A DNA stretch of 64,000 bases from NCBI GenBank assembly GCA_902609185.1, contig CACLQX010000001.1:2825-66824 (forward strand), written 5' to 3'. The translations under genes and the position numbers were made by a program. Shown here piece after piece: positions 37,457 to 48,185 of this stretch. Source of the DNA: an uncultured Bacteroidota bacterium (GTDB lineage Bacteria > Bacteroidota > Bacteroidia > Flavobacteriales > Flavobacteriaceae). The notes beneath the pieces are model-generated. The model had not been told where the DNA came from. It worked only from the letters and a program-made list of their open reading frames with translations, and did no database searches. Numbering within the stretch: position 1 is the first letter of the stretch; every line of letters starts with the position of its first letter.

Positions 37457-39361
37457 ATGAAGAAACTATTAACAATATCACTTTTTATATTTTCAATTTT
37501 TTCTTTTTCACAAGACAATACAATAATTAGCAACCTTGAAAATTTGATTGATAATCCCGCCGATTCTACTAAGTCCAAATATTTCAAATTTGATATTTCT
37601 AAACTTCAATTTTTTAATGAACAGAATGATACAATAGTCTTAGATACATCTTTAACAATTAAAAATTATTATTCTTTTAATTTCCTTAAAAAAGATAATT
37701 TTCATTTACTCAAATCAAATAATGTTGGAAGATTCTATAATACTTTAACATATGAAATTCAAAAAGACAACCTTCCCAAACTTGGATATTCAGCCAATGA
37801 TGTTATGTTAATTCAGAGAGAGGATGTTTTATTTAGTAAGGTAGCCTATCCTTTAACTGAGCTTTTTTTTAAATCTGTTTATTCTCAAGGACAGTTAACA
37901 GATGCTTACTTTACAAGTAATTTAAATGAGAACCTTAATTTTTCCCTTGCTTTTAAAGCATTAAGATCACTTGGAACTTTTCAGAATAGTTTGTTTGGGT
38001 CCAAGCAGTTTAGGACAACATTAAATTATAATGGTGAAAAAATTGTTACAAAGTTTTTTTATTTGAGTCAAAGTTTTGAAAGAAATGAGAATGGTGGTTT
38101 GACATCAGCGTCTATTGAAAACTATGAGTCAGAGGATCCAATATTCGATGAGAGATCTAAACTCAATGTGAAATTTGAAGATGCAAAAAATAATTACCAA
38201 CAGAGAATATTCTACTTGAAAAATAACTTCATGCTCAGTAATAAAAAAAATAACTCTTTTGATCTTTATCATGTTTTTGACTTTGAAACAAGCAATAATA
38301 GATATACACAAGATAACCCCTCATTCTACTATGGGAGTTTAGGCTCAGGTATTAATGAGATTGTCGATCATTACAAGCTGAGGACTTTATCAAACAGCTT
38401 TGGTTTATTGAAGGATAATTTATTTTTTGAGAGATTACTTATACAGTTAAATAATTATAATTTAAATTATTTTAAAGTTGACAATAATATAGATAACAAA
38501 GTTCTTTCAAAAAACTTTACCTCATTTTCAGTTAAGGCATTTAAAAAAATATTTAATTACGATTTATCTATTGATTTGGAACAAAAAATAAACGGTGATC
38601 AATTAGGTAATAATTTTATTGCTAAAGTTAAAAGAGAATTTTCTGAAAATAATTCATATAGCCTATCAATTTCTGTAAAACAGAAACATCCTGGTTTAAT
38701 TTATGAAAACTTTACTAGTAACTATGAAAATATTAATTGGATACAATCAATGAAACTTGTTGAAAATAAATCAGTTGATTTAAAAATATCAAATTCAACT
38801 TTAGGTGATATTGATTTAAACCACTCTATCATTGATAATTTTTTCTATGTTTCAGTAGATTCAAATTCACAAGAAATCATGGCACCTATTTTAAATCATT
38901 ACGATAGAAAAATTCAGTATTCAAGTTTACGTATCAGAAGATCCCTAAATTTCGGTAAATGGACAATTGACAACTCAATAATGTACCAAGTTGTCAATCA
39001 AAATGATAATATTTTAAATCTCCCTCACTTTATTTCCAGGAATACCTTGTATTTTAAAGAAAGGATTTTTAAAAATACTTTATCAATACAAACAGGCATT
39101 AATTTTAAAATATTTTCAAAATTTTATTCAAATGAGTACAACCCCTTAATATCAGCTTTTCATGTACAGAGTCAAAAGAAAATAGGAGGGTTTCCCTTGC
39201 TTGATTTTTTCTTCAATGCAAAAATTAGACAAACAAAAATCTTTATAATTGCCGAACATATAAATTCATCCATAAGCGGTAATAGCTTTTATTCAACACC
39301 AGAAAGTGTATATAGAGATTTTGGGGTAAGATTTGGATTTAAGTGGAATTTATTTAACTGA
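37457..39361 (+). CDS. Outer-membrane beta-barrel protein (putative porin family)
   Basis: 634 aa with the signal peptide MKKLLTISLFIFSIFSFSQ. It has an alternating hydrophobic pattern throughout and an aromatic terminal strand GVRFGFKWNLFN. Confidence 0.6.
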   Translation: MKKLLTISLFIFSIFSFSQDNTIISNLENLIDNPADSTKSKYFKFDISKLQFFNEQNDTIVLDTSLTIKNYYSFNFLKKDNFHLLKSNNVGRFYNTLTYEIQKDNLPKLGYSANDVMLIQREDVLFSKVAYPLTELFFKSVYSQGQLTDAYFTSNLNENLNFSLAFKALRSLGTFQNSLFGSKQFRTTLNYNGEKIVTKFFYLSQSFERNENGGLTSASIENYESEDPIFDERSKLNVKFEDAKNNYQQRIFYLKNNFMLSNKKNNSFDLYHVFDFETSNNRYTQDNPSFYYGSLGSGINEIVDHYKLRTLSNSFGLLKDNLFFERLLIQLNNYNLNYFKVDNNIDNKVLSKNFTSFSVKAFKKIFNYDLSIDLEQKINGDQLGNNFIAKVKREFSENNSYSLSISVKQKHPGLIYENFTSNYENINWIQSMKLVENKSVDLKISNSTLGDIDLNHSIIDNFFYVSVDSNSQEIMAPILNHYDRKIQYSSLRIRRSLNFGKWTIDNSIMYQVVNQNDNILNLPHFISRNTLYFKERIFKNTLSIQTGINFKIFSKFYSNEYNPLISAFHVQSQKKIGGFPLLDFFFNAKIRQTKIFIIAEHINSSISGNSFYSTPESVYRDFGVRFGFKWNLFN

Positions 39362-40813
39362 TGGTAAGTCTCCATGAACTTTAGAAGCAAGTTCTGTCGA
39401 GCCCATCAAAAATTTATCTATTTCATACGCTGCCTCTCTGCCCTCTGAGATGGCCCACACAATAAGAGATTGACCTCGTCTTAAGTCCCCAGCAGCAAAA
39501 ACTTTTTTATCAGATGTTTGATATTTAGTTGTAAATGGTTTTGAGGTATTATCTGAATTTAATTTTAAGTCATTGATTATTTCCTTGTCTGGACCTGTAA
39601 ATCCAAGAGCTAATAATACTAAATCACAAGGCCATATTTTTTCAGATCCTTCAATTTCAACTAATTTCGGTCTTTCATCTGATTTTTTTATCCACTCAAC
39701 CTCAACCGTTTTTAATGCTTTGACATTTCCATTACCATCATCTAAAAACTCTTTGGTTAAAATCGACCATTGTCTTTTACTTCCCTCTTCATGAGAAGAG
39801 CTAGTTTTAAGTGTAAAAGGCCAATATGGCCATGGATTTTCAACAGTACGTTGTTTACTTGGTTTTGGTAAAATCTCAAAATTTAATACTGATTTTGCAC
39901 CTTGTCTATTTGAAGTTCCAATACAATCAGATCCTGTATCACCACCACCTATAACTATGACATTTTTATTTTTTGCATTTAGCTCTTCAACTTTACTAAA
40001 ATTTTCACCAATAACTTGATTTTGTCTTTTCAAAAATCTCATGGCTTGGACTATTCCATTTAACTCATGGCCAGGTATTGGTAAACTTCTCATTAAAGTA
40101 GCACCGCCACACAATAAAACAATATCGTTATCCTTTTTTAATTTCTTGATAGACACATCAATTCCAATTTCTGTATTGGTTTTGAATTTAATTCCTTCCA
40201 GAGTTAAAATTTCAATTCTTCTATCTATAATTGATTTCTCGAGCTTAAAATCTGGAATACCGTATCTTAAAAGTCCACCTATTTTTGAATCTCTTTCATA
40301 AACAGTAACTAAATGCCCTGCTCTGTTTAGTTGTTGTGAAGCAGCAAGACCTGCTGGACCTGAACCAACAATAGCTATTTTTTTACCGGTTCGTCTCTTT
40401 GGTTTAATAGGTTGAATCCATCCCTCTTTAAAACCTCTCTCAACAATATATTTTTCAATCAGTTCAATGGATACGGGGGGATTTATAAGACCAAGAACAC
40501 AAGCTGATTCACACGGTGCAGGACATAGTCTACCAGTAAATTCAGGGAAATTGTTAGTTGAATGTAAGATCTTAAGTGCTTCTTTCCAGTTTCTATTGTA
40601 AACCGCATCATTAAAGTCAGGAATTAAATTACCTAGTGGGCAACCACTGTGACAAAATGGTACTCCACAATCCATACACCGTCCACCTTGCTTTATTAGA
40701 TCATCATCTTTTGGTTTGATTGTAAATTCTTTGAAATTCTTTATTCTTTTTTCAACTGGGACGTAACCTTCAACCATCCTTTCGTACTCAACAAAGCCTC
40801 TAAGTTTACCCAT
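39350..40813 (-). CDS. gltD: Glutamate synthase small subunit
   Basis: 487 aa with the Fe-S Cys clusters (CMDCGVPFC...GCP; CPAPCESAC) and two dinucleotide folds (VGSGPAGL; VIGGGDTG). Confidence 0.95.
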   Translation of the reverse strand: MGKLRGFVEYERMVEGYVPVEKRIKNFKEFTIKPKDDDLIKQGGRCMDCGVPFCHSGCPLGNLIPDFNDAVYNRNWKEALKILHSTNNFPEFTGRLCPAPCESACVLGLINPPVSIELIEKYIVERGFKEGWIQPIKPKRRTGKKIAIVGSGPAGLAASQQLNRAGHLVTVYERDSKIGGLLRYGIPDFKLEKSIIDRRIEILTLEGIKFKTNTEIGIDVSIKKLKKDNDIVLLCGGATLMRSLPIPGHELNGIVQAMRFLKRQNQVIGENFSKVEELNAKNKNVIVIGGGDTGSDCIGTSNRQGAKSVLNFEILPKPSKQRTVENPWPYWPFTLKTSSSHEEGSKRQWSILTKEFLDDGNGNVKALKTVEVEWIKKSDERPKLVEIEGSEKIWPCDLVLLALGFTGPDKEIINDLKLNSDNTSKPFTTKYQTSDKKVFAAGDLRRGQSLIVWAISEGREAAYEIDKFLMGSTELASKVHGDLPSVK

Positions 40814-40815
40814 GA

Positions 40816-43800
40816 TTAGTTTATTATTTCATTTATTTTGGATTGGGCCATTTTTTCCAAAGCCATTTTATATTCCGTTGGCATTATTTTAACAAACATA
40901 TTTTTTGATTTATTCCAATTTAAAATTATTTCTTCAGCAATGCCACTGTGTGTGTAAGAATAGTGTTTTTCTAATAATTCTTTAATTATATCAAAGTCTT
41001 GATTATCTAGCTTTTCAAACTCTACCATTTCCATATTGAAATTGTCAATATTATAATTTTTATTTGATTTATAAATGTATGCAATTCCTCCACTCATTCC
41101 AGCAGCAAAGTTTCTTCCAATTTTTCCTAAAATTAGTGCTATTCCACCTGTCATGTATTCACAACCATGATCACCAACACCTTCAACAACAGCTGTTGCT
41201 CCCGAGTTTCTGACACAGAATCTTTCTCCGGCTATTCCATTTATGTATGCTTCTCCGGATGTAGCTCCGTAAAGGGCAACATTTCCAGTTATAACATTTT
41301 CATTGGGTTTAAAAGTAGATCTATTTGGTACTTTAACAATAAGCGTAGCACCTGAAAGACCTTTTCCAAAATAATCATTAGTATTACCTTCAATTTTCAT
41401 TTCAAGACCTTTTGTTGCAAATGCTCCAAAACTTTGACCAGCAGCACCCGTGAAGTTTAATTTTAATGTCCCCTTGGGAAGCCCTTTTTCACCATATTTT
41501 TTTGAAATCTCGTTACTTATTATCGTGCCTACAGTTCTGTCAGTATTTCTTATTTTATAATCAAGACTCATCTTAATTTTTTTCTCGATGGCCAACCTAG
41601 AATTTTTTAAAATCTTAAAATCAATCACAGATGTTAAATTGTGGTCTTGGTTAGTCACATTTCTAACAGGGATATTTTCGCTAACATTTGGCTTGTACAA
41701 TACTTTAGACAAATCTATCCCCCTTGCTTTATAGTATTCAACAGCGTCAGTCATAACAAGTTTTTGACTTTGACCAACCATTTCATTAATTGTCCTAAAT
41801 CCTAAATTGGCCATTATTTCTCTTAATTCTTGAGCAACGAAATACATGAAATTTATAACGTGTTCAGGCTTGCCTTTGAAATTTTTTCTTAATTCAGGAT
41901 CTTGAGTTGCAATTCCTACTGGACACGTATTTAAGTGGCAAGCTCTCATCATAATACATCCTGATGCAACAAGTGGAGCTGTTGAGAATCCAAATTCTTC
42001 AGCACCAAGAAGACATGCGATAGCAACATCTCTACCAGTTTTCATTTGACCATCACATTCAACAACAACCCTTCCTCGTAAGTCATTTAATACAAGTGTT
42101 TGTTGAGCTTCAGCAATTCCTAACTCCCATGGTAAACCTGCGTGCTTTAGTGATGTTAGTGGCGATGCCCCAGTTCCACCATCATAACCTGAAATTAATA
42201 TTACATCTGCTTTTGCCTTTGCAACACCAGCAGCAATTGTTCCAACGCCAACCTCAGATACTAATTTTACGTTGATTCTAGCCTTCCTATTTGCGTTTTT
42301 CAGATCATATATAAGCTGAGCTAAATCCTCAATTGAATATATATCATGATGAGGAGGAGGAGAAATTAAACCTACGTAGGGTGTAGAATTTCTAACTTTT
42401 GCTATTAGTGGATTGACTTTAGGTCCAGGAAGTTGTCCACCCTCACCAGGCTTAGCGCCTTGAGCCATTTTAATTTGAATCTCAGAAGCATTTGATAGAT
42501 AATTAGAACTAACACCAAATCTTCCAGACGCAACTTGTTTAATTGAGCTATTTTTTGAGTCTCCGTTATTTAGTTTTTTAAATCGATTTGAATCTTCTCC
42601 ACCTTCACCTGAATTACTTTTTCCTCCGATTCTATTCATTGCAATTGCTAAGTTTTCGTGGGCTTCTTTACTAATTGAACCGTAAGACATTGCTCCAGTT
42701 TTGAATCTTTTAACGATTTCAGTCCATGGTTCAACCTCTTCAATTGAAATGGGGTCAAATTCTTCAAACTTTAAAAGCCCTCTGATTGTCATGAATTGTT
42801 CACTTTGTTTATTGATTTTTTCAGCATAAGCTTTATACGTATCATATTTCTCTTCTCTTACAGCTTGTTGAAGTTTTGATATTGTAAAAGGATTTAACAT
42901 GTGTGCTTCTCCATATCTTCTCCATCTGTAATCACCGCCTATTTTCATACTTGAAATATCTTTTTCACTATTAAGAGCATGTTCCATTCTGGCTGAGACT
43001 TCTTTTTCTAAAACATATAAACCTGCACCTTCAATTCTTGAAGGTGTATTATTAAAGTACTTGGATACAAACTTTTTCCTCAACCCCAGAGCTTCAAAAA
43101 TTTGTGCTCCTCGGTAGGAATGTAGTGTTGATATGCCGATTTTATTCATGACTTTAAGTATACCCTTTGCAATAGCTTTATTGAAATTAGTTATCGATTC
43201 ATCAAGTTTTTGGTTGTTTAAAAAACCAAGTTTGTGGTGATATTCAATTATTTCATTGACCATGTATGGGTTTATTGCACTGGCTCCATAACCAAAGAGC
43301 ATGGAAAAATGATGTGGTTCTCTTGGCTCAGCTGATTCAATAACAATTCCAAATTTTGATCGTTTTTTTCTTTTTATCAAGCTGTGGTGTACATATGAAC
43401 AAACAAGTAAAATTGGTATAGGAGCGTATTTTTTAGATGTTTTTCTGTCACTTAGGATAATGATATTGTGACCCGTATCGACTTTTTTTTCAACTTTATC
43501 AACAATACTGTCTAGTGCTTTCTCAAGACCATTGTGACCTTTACTAATTTCATAATTGACATTTATTGAACATGCTTTGAAATCTTCATGATCAATATGC
43601 TTGATTTTTTCGAGGTCACCATTTGAAATGATTGGATTATTAATTTTGAGTTTTTTAGCGTGGTCAGGAATTAAATCAAATATATTATAGTCACTTCCTA
43701 ATGATAAACTTGTATCAGTAATTATTTCTTCTCTAATTCCGTCAAGGGGAGGATTCGTTACCTGAGCAAAAAGTTGCTTGAAATAGTTATAAATAAGTTG

Positions 43801-45318
43801 TGGTTTTTTTGACAAAACTGCAAGTGGTGTATCAGTCCCCATTGATCCAATAGCCTCTTTGCCATTGTTACACATGGGTAATATTATAGTTTTAAAATCT
43901 TCTTTTGTGTAACCAAAAACTTTTAATCTAGTTTCAAAATTTAATTTTTCTTTGACTGTTTTTTTTATTCTGTAGGGAACCTTACTGAGTGGTAAAACAT
44001 TTAATTTTACCCATTTACTGTAGGGGTATTTTTTTACAATTGAGTTTTTAATTTCATCATCTTCAACAATTCTTCCCTCGTTCATATTAACCAAAAACAT
44101 TTTTCCAGGCTCTAGTCTTCCATGCATTTTAATATTTTCAGGTTCAATGTCTACAACACCCGTTTCAGATGACATTATTACATATCCGTCGTGAGTGACA
44201 GTGTATCTAGATGGTCTCAATCCATTTCTATCCAATAATGCACCAATGTAATCACCGTCGGTAAAGGGAATTGATGCTGGTCCATCCCAAGGCTCCATTA
44301 AACAACTATTGAATTGATAAAACGCTTTTTTGGATGAGGACATGGTCTTATGTTTTTCCCAAGCTTCCGGCACAAGTATCATCATAACTTCAGGCAAACT
44401 TCTACCAGTCATTAACAATAGCTCTAAAACCATATCCATTGATGCTGAATCTGATTTTCCTTCTAAAATTATTGGAAAAACTTTTTCTAAATCACTTTTA
44501 TCAATTAAATCAGAATCCATTAACTCTTGCCTAGAAACCATTCTGTTAATATTACCCTTTAGCGTATTAATTTCACCATTGTGACACATATATCTGAATG
44601 GTTGAGCAAGATCCCAAGTTGGAAAAGTATTGGTTGAAAATCTCTGATGAACCAAAGCAAGTCGAGTTACTAGCATTGGATTTTTTAAATCAATATAAAA
44701 TCTTTCAATATCCTCTGGAACTAAGAGTCCTTTATAAATTATTGTCTTGTTGTGTAAGCTTGAAAAATAGAAAAAGCTCTTTTGAGATAATTTGGATTGA
44801 TAAATTTTATTTTCTGCAATTTTTCTAGCTATATATAGTTTTAATAAAAAATCTTTTTCGGTCTGATTTGAATCTATTTTTCCAATAAATACTTGTTTTA
44901 TATTAGGTTGAGATTGTGATGCAATTGCTCCAACAACTTTTGAATTAACAGGGACATCTCTCCATCCTAAAATATTTAAGCCTTGTCTTTTAATTTCTTC
45001 TTCAAAAATGTCAACACAATGGTTGAGTTGGTTTTTTTTAGGAGGAAGAAAAACCATTCCTACAGCATATTCTTTAAATTCCGGAAGTTCAAACTTACAT
45101 TCTTTTCTAAAAAAATTATTGGGTATTTCTATCAATATTCCAGCTCCATCTCCAGTCCTTCCATCAGAACTAACCGCCCCTCTGTGCTCGAGACAAGTTA
45201 AAATATTTAGAGCCTTAGAAATGATGTCATTTGTCTTCTTTCCCTCCAGGCTACATATGAAACCGGCACCACAATTTTCATGCTCAAACGATGGATTATA
45301 AAGACCTTGTTCTTTCAA
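40816..45318 (-). CDS. gltB: Glutamate synthase large subunit
   Basis: 1500 aa with the Ntn amidotransferase N-terminus ..HENCGAGFI, the FMN/3Fe-4S central domain and the C-terminal GXGXG repeats. Confidence 0.97.
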   Translation of the reverse strand: MKEQGLYNPSFEHENCGAGFICSLEGKKTNDIISKALNILTCLEHRGAVSSDGRTGDGAGILIEIPNNFFRKECKFELPEFKEYAVGMVFLPPKKNQLNHCVDIFEEEIKRQGLNILGWRDVPVNSKVVGAIASQSQPNIKQVFIGKIDSNQTEKDFLLKLYIARKIAENKIYQSKLSQKSFFYFSSLHNKTIIYKGLLVPEDIERFYIDLKNPMLVTRLALVHQRFSTNTFPTWDLAQPFRYMCHNGEINTLKGNINRMVSRQELMDSDLIDKSDLEKVFPIILEGKSDSASMDMVLELLLMTGRSLPEVMMILVPEAWEKHKTMSSSKKAFYQFNSCLMEPWDGPASIPFTDGDYIGALLDRNGLRPSRYTVTHDGYVIMSSETGVVDIEPENIKMHGRLEPGKMFLVNMNEGRIVEDDEIKNSIVKKYPYSKWVKLNVLPLSKVPYRIKKTVKEKLNFETRLKVFGYTKEDFKTIILPMCNNGKEAIGSMGTDTPLAVLSKKPQLIYNYFKQLFAQVTNPPLDGIREEIITDTSLSLGSDYNIFDLIPDHAKKLKINNPIISNGDLEKIKHIDHEDFKACSINVNYEISKGHNGLEKALDSIVDKVEKKVDTGHNIIILSDRKTSKKYAPIPILLVCSYVHHSLIKRKKRSKFGIVIESAEPREPHHFSMLFGYGASAINPYMVNEIIEYHHKLGFLNNQKLDESITNFNKAIAKGILKVMNKIGISTLHSYRGAQIFEALGLRKKFVSKYFNNTPSRIEGAGLYVLEKEVSARMEHALNSEKDISSMKIGGDYRWRRYGEAHMLNPFTISKLQQAVREEKYDTYKAYAEKINKQSEQFMTIRGLLKFEEFDPISIEEVEPWTEIVKRFKTGAMSYGSISKEAHENLAIAMNRIGGKSNSGEGGEDSNRFKKLNNGDSKNSSIKQVASGRFGVSSNYLSNASEIQIKMAQGAKPGEGGQLPGPKVNPLIAKVRNSTPYVGLISPPPHHDIYSIEDLAQLIYDLKNANRKARINVKLVSEVGVGTIAAGVAKAKADVILISGYDGGTGASPLTSLKHAGLPWELGIAEAQQTLVLNDLRGRVVVECDGQMKTGRDVAIACLLGAEEFGFSTAPLVASGCIMMRACHLNTCPVGIATQDPELRKNFKGKPEHVINFMYFVAQELREIMANLGFRTINEMVGQSQKLVMTDAVEYYKARGIDLSKVLYKPNVSENIPVRNVTNQDHNLTSVIDFKILKNSRLAIEKKIKMSLDYKIRNTDRTVGTIISNEISKKYGEKGLPKGTLKLNFTGAAGQSFGAFATKGLEMKIEGNTNDYFGKGLSGATLIVKVPNRSTFKPNENVITGNVALYGATSGEAYINGIAGERFCVRNSGATAVVEGVGDHGCEYMTGGIALILGKIGRNFAAGMSGGIAYIYKSNKNYNIDNFNMEMVEFEKLDNQDFDIIKELLEKHYSYTHSGIAEEIILNWNKSKNMFVKIMPTEYKMALEKMAQSKINEIIN

Positions 45319-45494
45319 AACTCAAATTTTATAAGGACTTACTAATTTATGTATTAATTAATCCTGTAGGAATTATTTTAAATCAATAATCAATCCAATG
45401 TCTAATAAATATTAACTTTTTAAAATATACTATCAATTTTTATTTTTTTTACATATTTTGGTTCAATTATTGAGAATTCTAAAACAAAAATTAA

Positions 45495-46820
45495 ATGGAA
45501 ACAGCAATTATAGTCATATTCGTACTGGGTTATTTGGCAATTGCTTTTGAGCACTCACTTAAAATAGATAAATTAGTTCCTGCTCTTGTAATGATGGCTC
45601 TCATTTGGGCTATTATTTCATTTTTTGGTTTAACTGTTTATGATATAGACCCAGCTACAAAAAGTTTGGTTCCAAATAAACTTGAAAAGGTTATAAACTA
45701 TTTCTTGGGCCACACTGCTGAAATTCTAATTTTTTTAATTGGTGCAATGACGATTGTGGAAATTATAGATTTCTTTAATGGTTTTTCCACGATTAAAAAT
45801 CTCATCAAAACAAAAAGTAAAATAAAAATTTTGTGGATTATATGTTTTCTTGCTTTCTTTTTATCTGCAATAATTGATAACCTTACAGCAACTATAGTAC
45901 TAATAACTATTTTGCAGAAGATACTTAAAGACAGAAATCTAAAATTGTGGTATGCCGGAATGATTATTGTTGCTGCGAATGCAGGTGGTGCATGGTCTCC
46001 AATCGGTGATATAACAACAACAATGCTATGGATTGGTAAAAAGGTTACACCAATTGCTCTATTGAAATATTTGATCATTCCTTCTCTAGTTTGTATGTTA
46101 ATACCGACTTACGTCGTTTCTAGATATAAAGTCTTTCAAGGTGAAATTAATCCAATGGTGTCAAAAGAATCCGAAAATAAATTTGGTTCAAAAATTTTGA
46201 TAATAGGCCTTCTATCAATACTATTTGTACCTTTTTTTAAAGTAGCTACAGGCTTACCTCCTTATGTTGGTATGATGTTATCTTTAGCCTTTGTAGCAAC
46301 AATTGGTGAAATATATAACTATATCCTTTTAGAACCTGCAAACTCTGTACATCAAAGCCCTGTTCATCATGCGTTAACTAAAATTGAAATGCCAAGTATT
46401 TTATTTTTCTTAGGAATCCTTATGGCTGTAGGGGGGTTAGAAGCTCTAGGGATTGTATTTGAGGTGGGTCAAACTATGGTTTTAACTTTTGAAAATGTTG
46501 ATTGGTTTCTGTTTAAGGGATTGGATATTGTAGTTTTTATTCTAGGCTTTCTTTCAGCAGCCATTGATAATGTTCCTCTTGTAGCAGCTTCAATGGGAAT
46601 GTTTGGAGAGGCGGTTGACGATCCTTTATGGCATGGAATAGCTTATGCTGCAGGTACTGGCGGAAGCATGATTATTATTGGATCAGCTGCAGGTGTTGTT
46701 GCAATGGGAATGGAAAAAATTGACTTTATATGGTACCTAAAAAAAATCGCTTTTTTAGCCTTTATTGGTTACATAGCTGGTTTTTTAACTTTTATTTTTC
46801 TTAGAGATTTCGTCCTTTAA
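45495..46820 (+). CDS. nhaD: Na+/H+ antiporter, NhaD/ArsB-type permease
   Basis: 441 aa, polytopic. It has GYLAIAFEH..KIDK, two SA.IDN(L/V) motifs and ANAGGAWSPIGD. Confidence 0.82.
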   Translation: METAIIVIFVLGYLAIAFEHSLKIDKLVPALVMMALIWAIISFFGLTVYDIDPATKSLVPNKLEKVINYFLGHTAEILIFLIGAMTIVEIIDFFNGFSTIKNLIKTKSKIKILWIICFLAFFLSAIIDNLTATIVLITILQKILKDRNLKLWYAGMIIVAANAGGAWSPIGDITTTMLWIGKKVTPIALLKYLIIPSLVCMLIPTYVVSRYKVFQGEINPMVSKESENKFGSKILIIGLLSILFVPFFKVATGLPPYVGMMLSLAFVATIGEIYNYILLEPANSVHQSPVHHALTKIEMPSILFFLGILMAVGGLEALGIVFEVGQTMVLTFENVDWFLFKGLDIVVFILGFLSAAIDNVPLVAASMGMFGEAVDDPLWHGIAYAAGTGGSMIIIGSAAGVVAMGMEKIDFIWYLKKIAFLAFIGYIAGFLTFIFLRDFVL

Positions 46821-48007
46821 TGAATTATGAAGAGTCCATAGAATGGCTCAATACTATACCATTATCATTTGATAGAAACAATAAAAATTACGAGTTTAAA
46901 TTAGATGGAATAAAAGCTTTCCTTTCACACTTAGATAATCCTCACTCAAAATTAAAAATTATTCATGTAGGCGGTACCAACGGTAAGGGTTCTACTTGTA
47001 GTGTTATTTCATCCATACTACAAGAATCAGGATATGAAATAGGTGCTTTTACGTCTCCACATATCAAAGATTACAGGGAAAGAATTAGAATTGGAAAAAA
47101 CTTTATCGAAAAAAATTTCATATTGGAATTTATCAGGAATAACAATTTAAAAATTGAAGAATTGGGTCTTACATATTTTGAAATTTCTTTTGCAATGGCA
47201 GTAGATTATTTTGTAACAAAAAAAGTTGATTATGCAATACTTGAGGTTGGTTTAGGTGGTAGATTAGATGCAACAAATGTAGTTGACCCTGTTACTTCTG
47301 TCATAACCAATATAGGCTATGACCACAAAGAATTTCTAGGAAATAGTCTTGAAGAAATTGCTATGGAAAAAGCAGGAATTATCAAATATAACGTACCTGT
47401 TGTTGTTGGTGAGGAAAAAGAAAAATTACAAGATTTAATAAAAATTGAAGCAAATAAAAAATCTGCCTCAATATACTTCTCAAGACTAAATAAAGAATAC
47501 AAAAGTGATATGAGTGGACCCTTCATTCAAAAGAATATCTCACTTGCACTAAAAGCTTTAGACATACTGAAGCTGGGGATTGCAAAGAAAGATATTCAAA
47601 AAGGAATTTTGAATATTAAGGAAAATACAAAGATTTATGGTAGGTGGGATTTGGTTAGGATAAAACCCAAAATTATATTTGATACGGGACATAATATTTC
47701 AGCACTAAAAATATCATTGTCAGAATTAAAAGATTACTCTAAAGTAGTATTTGGAACACTAGAAAAAAAAGATCAAATTGACATTATAAAGATTCTACCA
47801 ACTAATTTTAGATATTATTTCTGTCCTGTTAAATCTGATAGATCTATGTCAGTATATAAAATTGATAATGAGGCTAGTAAAATGGGGCTAAAATATACCA
47901 TACATGAAAATATTAATGACGCATTAAATATTGCAATTAAAGATTCTGATGAAAATGATACTGTACTTGTTACAGGTTCTACTTTCCTTTTTTCTGACTT
48001 ATACTAG
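46820..48007 (+). CDS. folC: Bifunctional folylpolyglutamate synthase/dihydrofolate synthase
   Basis: 395 aa with the P-loop HVGGTNGKGST and EVGLGGRLDATN. The ATG overlaps the nhaD stop (TAATG). Confidence 0.9.
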   Translation: MNYEESIEWLNTIPLSFDRNNKNYEFKLDGIKAFLSHLDNPHSKLKIIHVGGTNGKGSTCSVISSILQESGYEIGAFTSPHIKDYRERIRIGKNFIEKNFILEFIRNNNLKIEELGLTYFEISFAMAVDYFVTKKVDYAILEVGLGGRLDATNVVDPVTSVITNIGYDHKEFLGNSLEEIAMEKAGIIKYNVPVVVGEEKEKLQDLIKIEANKKSASIYFSRLNKEYKSDMSGPFIQKNISLALKALDILKLGIAKKDIQKGILNIKENTKIYGRWDLVRIKPKIIFDTGHNISALKISLSELKDYSKVVFGTLEKKDQIDIIKILPTNFRYYFCPVKSDRSMSVYKIDNEASKMGLKYTIHENINDALNIAIKDSDENDTVLVTGSTFLFSDLY

Positions 48008-48040
48008 TATACATAATTATACTATATTTGGCCTTCCTTA

Positions 48041-48115
48041 GGGCGCTTAGCTCAGTTGGTTCAGAGCACTTGGTTTACACCCAAGGGGTCGGGGGTTCGA
48101 ATCCCTCAGCGCCCA
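48041..48115 (+). tRNA. tRNA-Val (anticodon TAC), CCA not encoded
   Basis: GGGCGCTTAGCTCAGTTGGTTCAGAGCACTTGGTTTACACCCAAGGGGTCGGGGGTTCGAATCCCTCAGCGCCCA. 7-bp acceptor stem, GCTC/GAGC D stem, CTTGG/CCAAG anticodon stem with loop TTTACAC, and a TTCGAAT T-loop. Confidence 0.93.
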
Positions 48116-48123
48116 CATTTTTT

Positions 48124-48144
48124 ATCTCAATATCTTGTTGAGAT
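48124..48144 (+). terminator. Weak stem-loop after tRNA-Val
   Basis: ATCTCAA-tatcttg-TTGAGAT (7-bp AT-rich stem) followed by TATTTAATT. Confidence 0.3.
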
Positions 48145-48185
48145 TATTTAATTGAAAATGATTTTTATATTTACAAAAAAAGTAA

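Noticed and set aside
44330-45301. Cluster of + strand ORFs (44330-44584, 44598-44828, 44983-45201, 45008-45301) antisense to the 5' part of gltB. Also 41167-41355, 39573-39794 and 40041-40301 antisense to gltB/gltD.
   Set aside because: They are antisense shadows of a 1500-aa and a 487-aa gene with unmistakable GltB/GltD motifs. They have no independent coding features.
45319-45494. I examined the 176-nt divergent gltB/nhaD intergenic region for a riboswitch, attenuator or operator palindrome.
   Set aside because: I found only imperfect AT-rich half-palindromes (for example TAATCCTGTAGGAATTA) and a near-miss -7 box. Nothing had conserved-structure character that I could defend without comparative data.
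45698-46078. 126-aa minus-strand ORF inside nhaD, and 116-aa + ORF 33021-33371 inside lysS.
   Set aside because: Both are embedded antisense in well-supported genes, and their composition mirrors the opposite-strand codons.
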